Positions 12,500-24,204 of a stretch of 51,933 nucleotides of DNA are shown here, in pieces. The DNA comes from Octopus bimaculoides. Its lineage: Eukaryota. The number at the start of each line of letters is the position of its first letter. The first letter of the stretch is position 1. The notes beneath the pieces were generated by a model. It ran no database searches, was not told the origin of the DNA, and saw only the letters and a list, made by a program, of their open reading frames with translations. The translations under genes and the position numbers were made by a program. The stretch lies in assembly GCF_001194135.2 (NCBI RefSeq), contig NC_068988.1, forward strand, positions 97,015,670 through 97,067,602. Reading direction: 5' to 3'.

Positions 12500-13950
12500 A
12501 AAATAAAAAATACAAGGGATCACCGATTGCTGTTTCAAACTTATATTCCGTGAACAACTCTGTTACAGAGAACAGGAAAGAAGGGATTCGGATAAAAATC
12601 AGCAGAGAACGAGGTTGACGAGTGCAGGATAGTAAAGTGGAATTGAATGGTTTAGAGAAGTGCAGAATCCCACACAATGCAATGCAATATTACAAAACCT
12701 TGGAAAAAAATAATCCATCACAGGGTCCAGCGCTTGTTGTAGTGTGAGGATTTGTGTACCTCAATGACTTTGAGAGCTGTGCCAGTGGAGTGGAAGCTCC
12801 TGGCAGCGCCCCGCATGATGGATAGGTCAAAGGGTAGAGGCTAGGATAATGCGGACTCTTCCCAGAGTTGAAACAGATCTACGCAGATCCAATGCGCTTA
12901 CCTAGAAAAGGCCAAGTTAGAGGAGCAGCAATGAGAATTGAAAATGTAGAAGACGAGGGAGGCCAGAACGGAGGACAGTGGAGAAAAGGAGTCAACAAAG
13001 TCAGGCTGGTCCCAGCAATGAGTAGCAGCCCATATGGAGCAAAGATGTTCCAAACAAAAAGCCATCGTTATTGTGTTGCTCGCACCTGACTCTGTATTGC
13101 ATGTGACCTGAAGGTTTGAGTAAATGGGGGATAAGGGCTTATACAAAAAATAGCTATACCAAGGTTTTAAGAACCGCCCCCTCCTCGCTACTTCCAATTC
13201 TTAAACTTATACTTCCATGGCAGAAACCCAGGCAAATAAAGTTACTGACGACAAGCTATCAAGATATATGGTGTGAAATGAGGGAACTCGTTTCTGGGCA
13301 AGCTAAATGATAATCATTTATATGCACCAGGCTGCGTTAACTAAAAGTGTCTCCCCTCTTTTACAGTAGTAGAGTCTAATGTGAGCGGGATTTGTCCAAT
13401 ACTTCTAAGAGGTCGTGCGACCCTTAAGGATTCCTTGGCTTGAAAATAAATTCTTGTTCTTTTTGTAAATCTTACATAGCTTATTTCCAGTATATTCCAT
13501 CCTTGACCCTCCAGTCTATTGTTGTCTGATATGCTGAACACTACATTATCCGATATATGACTCCTTTATTTCTTTTTTTCTGAAAGTAGGTACGGTGTAA
13601 TCTGGAAAAATAAGTCTGCTTTGAGCCAGGGAACTAACCAGGATGTTTTCCCGATCTCCATGGCGTATCTGTGCCTGGGGTTTCCAGCACTGGCACTGAA
13701 CAAGACGCTGGTCCGTCGCAGAGTGATCCATTTACTACTGAGTGAGCTGAAGCAATGTGAAATTAAAGGTTTTGCCCAAGAACACGATACGCCGTCTCGT
13801 CCTGGAATCGAAATCACGATTGTAAGGTCGTGTGGTGCCATACTCTAACGACTAGGTCACGCGCCTTCACAACTTTGAAGGATATTTGGCTATTTCTAGT
13901 GGTTCGGGTTACGACGTCGAAACTCCTCCCTCCCGTTGACTCCAAGAGAA
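12500..13950 (-). mobile_element. Decayed CR1/Jockey-type LINE, RT domain to 3' end
   Basis: Minus-strand peptides occur in the expected order across frameshifts: ARDLVVRVWHH (cf. ALDISKAFDRVWH), FSISDNNRL (cf. YADDSTL), LTLDSTTVKEG, EHLCSIWAATH (cf. EYCSHIWAGA), FVDSFSPLS...ASLVFYIFNSHCCSSNLA (cf. LTDSLQPLSHRRNVASLSLFYRYFHGHCSSELA). Confidence 0.7.
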
Positions 13951-14721
13951 ATTCTTTTACAGATATGGTGACAGCCTGTTTTACTTGTATGACAATTTGT
14001 AACACGTTCTGCGTGACCAATCTGGAAGGAAATATATACATGAAAGGAAGAAGAGACAAAAAATGATACGATAGAAAGGCGAAAGAAAAATATCATTTAA
14101 GAACCGAACGGTGCAGAATAAGAAAAGGAAAAAAAAAGTGCGTGAGTGTGTTGGGGTGGGGAGATAAACGGAGAGAAATGAAAGAAAACAATCAGAAAAA
14201 TAAATGAAGGAGTAAAAAAAAAGGTTAGGAATTATGATATATGTTGGCAGACATCGCCTAATATGTCATAATGAATGGTAATACAGATATAATGGCAGTC
14301 TTGTAAAATTATTGACAGATTTTTTAGGGGTCTATGTAACAAGCTATATTTTCCATGTGGTCCCTTACAACTCTCCCGTCAGCATCCCCTGTAATAAAAA
14401 AGAAAAAGAAAAATACTGTAATTACAGAAACATCTGGAAGAACAGAAGAGACAGACAGACATCAGATAGAAATGAATCGAAAACGGTTTCGACTCCAGAT
14501 TTCTCAAAGCAAACACATCCAAATATTCTCTTAGATATTTTCACTCATTTCTGAATCTTTTTTCTCTCTCTTTTTCTAACCCCGCTTCCTTAGCTTTCTC
14601 TCTCTTCTTCTTCCTCCTCTTCTTCTCTCCCCCATTCTTCACTTCGGTCTTCCATTCATTTAAACAAAAAAAAGAATTAAAAAATAATATTTTTTTCTTT
14701 TTCGGCTGTTTTCCAGCTAGT

Positions 14722-14901
14722 TTCGAGTATCTTTTACTTGTTTTACTCATTGGACTGTGGCCATGCTGGGGCACCACTTTAAAGGGTTTTGGTCGAGCCT
14801 AGAACTTATTTCATTTTAAAGTCTGCTATTTATTTTATCCGTCACTTTTCCCGAACAGCAGAGTTAGGGGGACGTAAACAAACCAATACTGGTTGTCAAG
14901 C

Positions 14902-14903
<2 letters not shown>
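14722..14903 (-). mobile_element. SINE 3' half (family of 46524-46976)
   Basis: Reverse complement of ccatgctggggcacc...ggttgtcaagcggtg matches the atcgcttgacaacc...ggtgctccagcatgg block; followed by (GT)n. Confidence 0.7.
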
Positions 14904-14938
<35 letters not shown>

Positions 14939-15174
14939 CACAGACAGACAGACACACAGACAGACAGACACACAGACAGACAGACAAACAGACACACACA
15001 TCACGCACACATATATAAGTACAGCCTATTTCCTTTTATTTCTACATAGTTCGACTTGCAGAGTGGGATGTGCTAGCTTCTGCTTAACCCGCACTTATGA
15101 CTGACACACACTCACACACACACACACACACACACACATGAACACAAACGGCGTTTTATAAGTGCTACTTAAGA

Positions 15175-15250
15175 CAGAGAAAAACGGATCCCACAACCCG
15201 AGTCGAACCATGTATCTGCCGCTTACGCGCTGCGCGTGTTACCGATAACA
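15175..15250 (-). pseudogene. tRNA-like remnant (pseudogene or SINE head)
   Basis: Reverse strand has gttatcggtaacacg (A-box-like), ggttcgactc (B-box) and a downstream T-run. The acceptor stem does not pair convincingly. Confidence 0.3.
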
Positions 15251-15946
15251 ACGTATTGATATTGAACAGAGTTGTCTGTGAAAATAAATGTAAACGTTTT
15301 TTTTTTTTTTTTCTTACTGGATAATCTTGGTCAATCTAGTCTGCTTTCATGTCACAGACAATTTAGCAGATACTTAACCACCAGAAGATAGGATAACCCA
15401 ATTAGCGGAGAAAGAACGAGAGAAACGGGCGGGGGTTGGGGTTGGGGGGTCGGTGAAGAGAAAACGAGAACCTGAGAGAGATGGATTGAGAGAAAAACAA
15501 AGAAATTATTTCTGTTAATTTTTTTTATGTTAATTCTCCCATAGTGTCTTTGTCAACAACTATTAACTTTAGTAACAAGAACAATTACAAGCGCGGACAT
15601 CATCAACAACAGATATGGCACCACAAACGACAACAACAACAACAAATATAGCAGCAAAAGTGATGAACATCAATAATAAAGAAAAAAAAAAAGATGGCAG
15701 CGAAGACAACTGAGAGGAACCTGAGCGTTTTTATGTCAATCAATCATTTTGTAAGTTACATAGCCATGAGAAGTTAATTATTCGCCATTTAATATGTCGG
15801 TTTGGCAACTGTCAACGGATTACTATTTGTTGCAGATGAAATGGTGGAAGATGCCGAATGCGAAAAGCTGGCGTTCAGAAAGAACACACACACGCGCGCA
15901 CACATAACTCTAGTTCTCGTCACTGCCCGAGTCACGGTTACATATC

Positions 15947-15994
<48 letters not shown>

Positions 15995-16555
15995 CCTCAC
16001 GCTTTATTTATTTATTTATTGGTTTTTGTTTTCGCCAATTTAAATATGAAGATGTCTACACGAAGTAATTACTTGGTTCGTCGTGTTTCCTCTACCATTA
16101 AGCCGTGAAATGAGAGGCGCGGTTTCAGTTCCCCGTTGCAGTCAGTCGGGGTAAAAGATAGCNNNNNNNNNNNNNNNNNNNNNNNNNNNNNNNNNNNNNN
16201 NNNNNNNNNNNNNNNNNNNNNNNNNNNNNNNNNNNNNNNNNNNNNNNNNNNNNNNNNNNNNNNNNNNNNNNNNNNNNNNNNNNNNNNNNNNNNNNNNNNN
16301 NNNNNNNNNNNNNNNNNNNNNNNNNNNNNNNNNNNNNNNNNNNNNNNNNNNNNNNNNNNNNNNNNNNNNNNNNNNNNNNNNNNNNNNNNNNNNNNNNNNN
16401 NNNNAGTTTATTTAAAATGTACAGAAATGTGTGTGTATGTATGTGTTTGTGTGTGTGTGTAATTAAGCATTTCTTGCTTCTGGCAACTTCACACGCCCTG
16501 AATTTTTCGTACAATTATTCTTTAGCACACGTTATTTATGTCTATACAAACATAT

Positions 16556-16609
<54 letters not shown>

Positions 16610-16905
16610 TATGTATGTGTAAATGATGTATTCTCTCCTACGAAATGAAGACTTATTAAAAACCGTCACATCATGTATTAGGTTTAACTTCTATATTTTC
16701 CCAACCGTTTACCGAAGAGACTCAATTACCCTAACAATGTCCACCCATTCCCCCACCCGTTTTGTTTCTACATGTAGATTAACAAAATCTTAAAACCAGA
16801 TGAACCCATCAAGGCTTAAAATCTTTTCTTCGACTCAGATTAAGCATTACTTTTTAAAAATGTGTTCTTACAAACAAACAATTTTGATGTAAATGCATTC
16901 AAACA

Positions 16906-17108
16906 AGGCGGCGAACTGACAGAATCGGTAGCGCGTCGAACAAAATGCTTAGTGGCATTCCTTCTGTCTCTCTACCGCCTGAGTTCAAATTCTACTGAGA
17001 GGTTAATTTTGCCTTTCATCCCTTCGGGGTCGACAAAATAACTTATCTGTTAAATAATGATGTCAACGTAATCAACTTCCCCCACCTCAAAACTGTTGGC
17101 CCTGGGCC
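16906..17108 (+). mobile_element. tRNA-derived SINE, near full length
   Basis: Head ggcggcgaactgacagaatcggtagc, B-box gagttcaaattc, body tttgcctttcatcccttcggggtcgac, 3' part aatcaacttccccc...ggcc. Confidence 0.75.
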
Positions 17109-17427
17109 TTGTAACGGACCCATTCGGGGGGATATGTGATCTCGGTCACTTATATGCCTTGAAAGCCATGTAACTGCCCGAGGTTACCTGGTTTCCCTGT
17201 CCTGGGGCTAAAGAAACGTTTCACTGTGGTCTCTAGTCACATGACTTTACGTTCTGAATGTAAATGTAAGAAACGATGAGTTTCAAAAATCGAAGAGAGG
17301 ACATAATCGATACCAGTCATGAATTGGATCAATTAGATCGATCGATCGCCAAACAATCGACTTCGGTTAGAAATCGATACCATAGTATATCAATCGAATC
17401 AAACAGGCGATAAAAAGCATAGCCGAC

Positions 17428-17523
17428 GACCTCGGCCGGATTTGAACTCAACACGTAAAGACGGATGAAACGGCGCGAAGCCTCTTGGCCGTCGTGCTAA
17501 CGATTCTGCCAGCTCGCTGTCGC
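17428..17523 (-). mobile_element. SINE 5' half (same family as 16906), inverted
   Basis: Reverse complement gcgagctggcagaatcgttagcacgacgg...gtctttacgtgttgagttcaaatccggccgaggtc. Confidence 0.75.
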
Positions 17524-17584
17524 CCCATATCCTGATATTCTGATCTGTAAACATTTGCTAAATTCATTTCTAATTCTTTTCCAG

Positions 17585-17716
17585 GTTCGTGAAGCAAATA
17601 ATCAACTTGGCACCTGTACTCAGGCAGCGGAATCTCGAAACGGAGGACATTCGCTTTTCTTTCCTACAATTAGACAGAAATAGAAACACACTGCAAACAT
17701 GCCCGCGACTACAAAG
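17585..17716 (+). CDS. Candidate internal coding exon, unknown product
   Basis: Pyrimidine-rich acceptor ...ctaattctttttccag|G; 132 nt symmetric exon, open as FVKQIINLAPVLRQRNLETEDIRFSFLQLDRNRNTLQTCPRLQ; weak donor AAG|GTTTCT. No homology recognised. Confidence 0.2.
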
Positions 17717-17859
17717 GTTTCTGCTTCAATGGCAGCATGACGCATCCATTTATGGATGATATACATATGTTTCTTTGCCTCTTTACACGTATAATAATGC
17801 TTGTGTATACATACATACATATATACATATATACATACGAACATACAGACATACATACA

Positions 17860-17924
<65 letters not shown>

Positions 17925-17954
17925 TTCTATCTGTCTATCTTTCATTTTTTATTA

Positions 17955-18049
17955 CTTCTTTCAGTCATTTGCCTGCAGCCATGCTGGGACACCACCTTCG
18001 GGGCTTTTAGTCGAATAAATAGACCCCGAGATTTATTTTTTAGGCTTAG

Positions 18050-18050
<1 letters not shown>
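17955..18050 (-). mobile_element. SINE 3' end fragment
   Basis: tttcagtcatttgcctgcagccatgctgggacaccacc...tagtcgaataaatagacccc is the reverse complement of the 46915-46975 block. Confidence 0.65.
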
Positions 18051-18083
<33 letters not shown>

Positions 18084-18336
18084 GATGTTTTTCTAAGCCA
18101 GAAATAAGAAAATTCAATTCCATCCATCCATCCATCCATCCATCCATACACATAGATGTGTGTGTGTGTAAGCGTGCGCGTATGTGTGTGCGTGTGCATG
18201 CGTGTATACATACTCACGCGCACACAAGTACACAAGTACATTTATATTTTAATATATATACATATATCTAAACATATATATGTATATAAATGTATACACA
18301 TATACATTTTCACACCCTGACACACACACACGCACA

Positions 18337-18379
<43 letters not shown>

Positions 18380-18509
18380 GTGGGCGCTGGATTGATTGTG
18401 TGTGTATATATATATATATAGGAGAATATACAAATAATAACAACAGACGAGGACAGGTGGTGTAAATAACAAAAGGATATATTAGTATGACGCTCGGGAA
18501 TACGGAAAG

Positions 18510-18546
18510 TCTTTGACGTTTCGAGCTACGCTCTTCAACAGAAAGA
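18510..18546 (-). ncRNA. Minimal type I hammerhead-ribozyme-like motif, core variant CUGUUGA
   Basis: UCUUU-CUGUUGA-A-GAGC(GUA)GCUC-GAAA-C-GUC-AAAGA: 5-bp stem I, 4-bp stem II, ACGU palindromic stem III. A6 is replaced by U. Confidence 0.5.
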
Positions 18547-19077
18547 ATACGGAGACAAGGAGAAAAACACGGAATATATATATAAAGTCGTATTATTACC
18601 GTTACATACAGAAATAATAAGGTGGCTAGCAAGTTCAGACCTTTACAAGCACAATATATAGTAATTTAAGAAAAGGAGGGTATAAATACCACTTGCTAAG
18701 ATCTAAACCATAGTCCAAAAACCCCCCGTAATCATTATGATAAAGATACAGTAGATAAATTTCGCTTTTATGTAAAACAACTATATTTTGTAGTCATTAT
18801 CCGTAATGTACTCTCAAAACACTTCAGTAGCTCTACTTTGCAACGCTTGCAAACTTATCTGTTCTATGATCATTAAAGAGCAACGACCGCCACAATAACC
18901 AGCCTTCAATTTGATTTTCCGTTCCCAGGTTAATCGGAAACATAGATTGCCGTGCGACTCATAAACCTTCAAGGTAGTTCAATTATTTGGTAAAAAAAAT
19001 AACAAATACCACCAAAGCAACTTAAACAGTCCAAAGGAGGACGGGTGCGTTTGCTAATATATTTATATATGTGTATA

Positions 19078-19133
<56 letters not shown>

Positions 19134-19200
19134 TATATCATTCTTTTCCTGGCTTTCACGCTGTCTCTGTCTCGTTCTCTCTCTTTCTCTCTATCCCGCG

Positions 19201-19241
<41 letters not shown>

Positions 19242-19425
19242 AATATTAATTATGGAGAGAGTGATAAGACAAGAAGATTCGCGTTTTTGTACTCGGTTAA
19301 CGCTTTAGCCTAAAGCATGTTTACATTCAGTCCTAACCACTGGGTCTGAGTATCACCGGGCCTAAGTGAAATCAGAATACATACACATACGTGCACACAC
19401 GTACACGCACACGTACACACACACG

Positions 19426-19464
<39 letters not shown>

Positions 19465-20141
19465 CTGCACACAACACAGACATAGATGCATGTGTATAGA
19501 CAATAATGTGATTGTCTTTTCCATTTATTCTCGTTCGAATGACTTCTGAGGAAAACCAATTCGTTGCGACAGAGATGTGTTCAAAGTCTTCTGAATGGGT
19601 GGTGTTGTGTTTTTTGTTTGTGGTGCTGTATTGTCTTCGAAGGGCGAACTGGATTATTGACTTCTTTTTAAGCAGTTGGTACATGAACTGAGAATTCTTC
19701 AGACTCTAGAATCTGTGGAGGAAGAGAGAAATCGTAAAGTAATAAGGAAAGGATGCGAGGAAATAAAATTGCTCGGTAAAAGAAAATCTAGAAAGTATCA
19801 AAAACATAAAACAAAATGAGTGCAAAAAAGGGATACAATGATTGATTGAGAGGCAATAAATAAATAAAGAAGAAGAAGAAGGAAAAGAAATGACACCACG
19901 AGAGCAACAACAAAAACAACAAAGAACGCGAAACTAAAAACAAAAAAAAAATGGCTGACTGAATAAAAAGGGAGATAATAGAACATAAGTAAAGGAAAAC
20001 AAATAAAGGCATAAACAAATTACAGATACGTCGAATGTATTGGAAGAGTGAAACAATTAGCGAGAAAGAAAAGAGTTGAAGAAAGAAATGAAAACAAGGC
20101 CGAAAGACAGATAGAGACACAGACAAGTAGCTGAAAATATA

Positions 20142-20176
<35 letters not shown>

Positions 20177-20397
20177 NNNNNNNNNNNNNNNNNNNNNNNN
20201 NNNNNNNNNNNNNNNNNNNNNNNNNNNNNNNNNNNNNNNNNNNNNNNNNNNNNNNNNNNNNNNNNNNNNNNNNNNNAAAGAAAGAAGTAACAGTCAAACA
20301 AACAGACATAGGAATTAAAGGACAGAAATGAAATGCAATGTAAGAAGCACTGAGAGGAATACAGTCTGCCAGGGATGAGATTAAATATAAATTCAAT

Positions 20398-20445
20398 GAG
20401 AAATAGCGTGAAATGGCGAGAAATAGCGTGAAATGGCATAAAATG
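20398..20445. repeat. 20-bp tandem duplication (gagaaatagcgtgaaatggc)x2
   Basis: Directly visible. Confidence 0.85.
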
Positions 20446-20863
20446 GCACAGCTCGTTATTGAATTTGATTGAGCAATCCCGCGCAAAATATTAGGTTTGT
20501 CTTGTAAAACGGATATATCGGAAATTGGCATCTCTCTTAGCTTGCGTCTCCGCATTAAAGATTCAGTGATGACGGATTGTGTTGGATCGGGTGCGGAGAT
20601 GTTTGTGGCGTGGGGAGGGTGTCGTGGCAGGCAAACTTTCGGATACTTTTTAACATGTAAAGACCATCAATCCGAAAAATAACTTTGCAACAAGAAGGAA
20701 AAAGAGAAGGAGGAGGAGGAGGAGGAGACGAAGGGGAAGATGAAGAAGAACAACAACAACAACAATCATCTACTCACACACACATACATACATAGTGCAT
20801 ATAAGTACACATACGTATGTACACAAATGTGCATGTATATATACACACTTACAAATATATACC

Positions 20864-20905
<42 letters not shown>

Positions 20906-21206
20906 TATATCTGCAATGTTTATACAGATATATTCATATATATACATATACATATATAAACACGTATATACATGCATACATAAATAAATGCATACCTCCC
21001 CACCCACACACATACATATGTTTACGTGCGTAAACAGTCTTAGAAAAAGCATTTCGGTATTTCTTTGAGATTGGCAGGAAATGAAAAGAAGACGAGTTCC
21101 CAGCTATCTCTGTTGTCTTTGGTGTCTTTGTACGGCACAAACACATACTAACATACATACTTACAACACAAACACACACACATACACGCATATATACATA
21201 CATATG

Positions 21207-21269
<63 letters not shown>

Positions 21270-21665
21270 GGAGACCTACACGTATGGTTACTTACAAAGC
21301 ATTCATGGACACATTCACAGTTACACAAACGTCGGCATAAGCTCATCCGTATAGAAACTTAGAAAACCTGAGCGCATCTCCATTCATATAAATACTAGGA
21401 GGTTAGATACGTGCACAGCCACACCAGACAAACTCATGAAGGCTAATACAGCTTCATCCATCCTTCTACGTAAACATACGAAACACATGAAACGACACAG
21501 AAACACAAATATATCCAAACGTGGACACACAGCAATCCAGAGACCCACATAAGCAGAAACGCAGTAACACTTTCACACACACAGACGCGCACTCACACAC
21601 ACACATACGTAAAGCACGCACATACATAAACACATATATACGCAATCAGACACGACCATTAAGAT

Positions 21666-21925
21666 AACGGTAATCACTCACCACATCGCGTTCACCTATC
21701 GCGGTTCACATATCGCGATTCCCCTATCGCGGTTTATTATTTAAACTTATGTCGATTCTTCCGTGGTGTTGTCTTGTATTTATGATAAAATTAAAATATA
21801 CAAATTACAAATGTTCATAAAAAAAAAAGATATAAAGTACAGTATTGTTTCTTCTTCGCGGATTTTCAATTATCGCGGGAGGTTTTGGAACGTAACACCC
21901 GCAATAGTCGAGGGATAAGTTTATA
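21666..21925. mobile_element. Tigger/pogo-like (Tc1/mariner superfamily) MITE
   Basis: Degenerate inverted ends (acggtaatcactc... / ...gtcgagggataag), repeated tatcgcgg subterminal motifs and a 3' block cttcgcggattttcaattatcgcgggaggttttggaacgtaacacccgc, typical of Tigger-like non-autonomous elements. Confidence 0.6.
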
Positions 21926-22060
21926 TGTATGTTTGTGTTTGTGTGTGTATGTGTGGCTGGGGTTTTGGGTGGCGGTGTTGAGTGTGTATATATGTATGCA
22001 GATATCCATCCATGTATATATATCCACACATCCATGCACATACATATGTATGTATATCTT

Positions 22061-22117
<57 letters not shown>

Positions 22118-22207
22118 GTATACATATGTATATATATATATATATATATATGTATACGTATAAAAGTATACATACATATATACATACATACATAAACACA
22201 TCCAAAC

Positions 22208-22208
22208 A

Positions 22209-22268
<60 letters not shown>
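22208..22268. repeat. (CTAT)n microsatellite at the 5'-truncation junction of the LINE
   Basis: Directly visible. Confidence 0.95.
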
Positions 22269-22929
22269 GTTCGGGCTTCAAGACGACTTTCGGGCGTTCA
22301 AGACGACTTTCAGGCCGGGACCTATGGACAACTTCCAGAGATCCCTGGCCTGGCAGTGCTTATCCCGTTCTGGATAAGCTCTACAGGCATGGTTCGAGAA
22401 ACACGGGGCCGACCTGTCCGAGATGCGGTCAGAGCGACGAAACCGTTCTGCACGCACTCGTACAGTGTCCCACCATTTCCGACCTGTGGGCCTATGTCGA
22501 ACAANNNNNNNNNNTGCGGTCAGAGCGACGAAACCGTTCTGCACGCACTCGTACAGTGTCCCACCATTTCCGACCTGTGGGCCTATGTCGAACAACTGCT
22601 ATCGCGTGTGGGACGAGTCGGTCTATCAGCCGAGTCTATCGTGAATGTCGTCGCGCCTCCTTCCTTGAAACGGGAGGGAAGAGCCATTTTCAACGTACTT
22701 GTGGCTATGGCGAAAGAATGTGTAATGGTGGACGTGTTTGAAAGGTCTAGAGACAAACACTTTCCTCTCTGGGCAATCTCTCATCAACGTCTTCAAGTAT
22801 AACTTGAAGAGGAAGGTGAGAGTAGAGAAGCAAGTTTTGTCTAATGAATGTTTCAATAAAAGATGGGTGAGTGTAGCAAGGATGGCACGTGTGAATGACA
22901 GAGCCACTTTCAGTAATATTCTTGTTTAA
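22267..22929 (+). mobile_element. 5'-truncated L1/Tx1-type LINE, ORF2 C-terminus with CCHC (zf-RVT-like) knuckle
   Basis: Across frameshifts: FKTTFRPGPMDNFQRSLAWQC / PVLDKLYRHGSRNTGPTCPRCGQSDETVLHALVQCPTISDLWAYVEQLLSRVG... / KGLETNTFLSGQSLINVFKYNLKRKVRVEKQVLSNECFNKRW...ILV*. Cx2Cx8Hx4C motif. An 81-bp duplication around a 10-N gap is probably an assembly artefact. Confidence 0.8.
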
Positions 22930-23008
22930 GAATAATAAAATTGTAGACTACAAAAGTATATAGTAACTCATCAGATTAATGTAAAATTGTTTAATTGTAA
23001 CTGAACAT

Positions 23009-23043
<35 letters not shown>

Positions 23044-23779
23044 GATGTGTGTGTGTGTGTGTGTGTATTTGTATATATGTATATAAACGCGATAGCTTGT
23101 CATAAGCTTAGTCCAGTTTGTCCAACAACAGTAATGACAACAACGACGATAAGAACACCAGTAACAGCAACAACAACAACAACAACAACAGCAATACCAT
23201 GTTTACAAACTAATCTGTCATTATTTGCACGTTGATATACAGAGTCAGTTTTAACTAATTGGCTTAATTATATTTACTAATTAACCTTCCTTAACTTGGG
23301 GGTTCATCTTTCGTAAATGTATTTACGTTAGTCTAATAAACAGCCAAGAAAAGCGTTACCTCTGCGTCGACTATTATTGCTACAACTTCCTAAATACAGT
23401 CGGACATGTTTTAAGATAATTAAGGATCATGTTTACATGTTTACAACTACATTTGATAAACGATTACAAGTGAAAGTAACCTATTTACGGTTAGAAGTCT
23501 AATAATTAAACAACCAATAAGAGCTAATGGGTCTTTAATTACTTTACTCACTTGTGTCCGCTTAATTTGGCTGGAATTTCTATTATATAAGGCCGAAAAG
23601 TCTCTTCAATCATTCGTTTATCTCCCTTTATACTTCACCTCTCTACTATGTCCACCGCTCCGTACCTGTCTTTCTGTTTTTATTTTCACTCACAGAACTT
23701 TTCCCCTTTCCTCTTCTTCGCTTCTTCCATTTCGTCGTTTTTTCTCTTTTCTTTCCGTCTAAATCTACAACCTATTAAG

Positions 23780-23810
23780 ACAGCGCATCGTGGTCACTAC
23801 ACCTGTAAAG
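23780..23810 (+). CDS. Candidate micro-exon
   Basis: About 100 nt pyrimidine tract upstream, AG acceptors ending at 23779 and 23783, and a strong donor AAAG|GTATGA. Reads TAHRGHYTCK or RIVVTTPVK. Confidence 0.2.
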
Positions 23811-23912
23811 GTATGACCAAAATGTGTAAGTGCACCTCCTCCACAGACAATCACGTATGTGTGTATATGTATGTATATATAAACACATATATATACAAAC
23901 ATAGATACTTAT

Positions 23913-23945
<33 letters not shown>

Positions 23946-24204
23946 CTTATATACGCATACATATATATGTTTACCTATGTATGAATATTTAGATCTATAT
24001 ACATAATTATATAATTATATATATGTATACACACGTGACATACATGTCTGCTAGGTACCAATGAACGAATCTCTTAGCCCTTGAGCCAATCAGGAACTTC
24101 TGATTATTAATAAAACGTATAAACATACATATATATAAGATACAGATAAAGAAATAATTTTATCCTCAAACGCAGGATAATGCTAATAATATAGCATGAA
24201 CAGG

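Noticed and set aside
14330-14420. Minus-strand acceptor followed by GTAAGG 20 nt later
   Set aside because: The pyrimidine tract is just an A-rich low-complexity run on the plus strand, and the peptide is uninformative.
19620-19735. Strong minus-strand acceptor (ttctctcttcctccacag|)
   Set aside because: All three frames stop within 15 codons and there is no good donor; could only be non-coding or chance.
19788-20682. 255-aa minus-strand ORF starting MRRRKLREMPISD
   Set aside because: It crosses an N-gap and low-complexity F/L/S sequence, and has no donor after the plausible-looking N-terminal part.
22424-22595. 81-bp direct duplication inside the Tx1-like LINE
   Set aside because: The identical copies flank a 10-N gap, the typical signature of an unmerged contig overlap rather than a biological tandem duplication.
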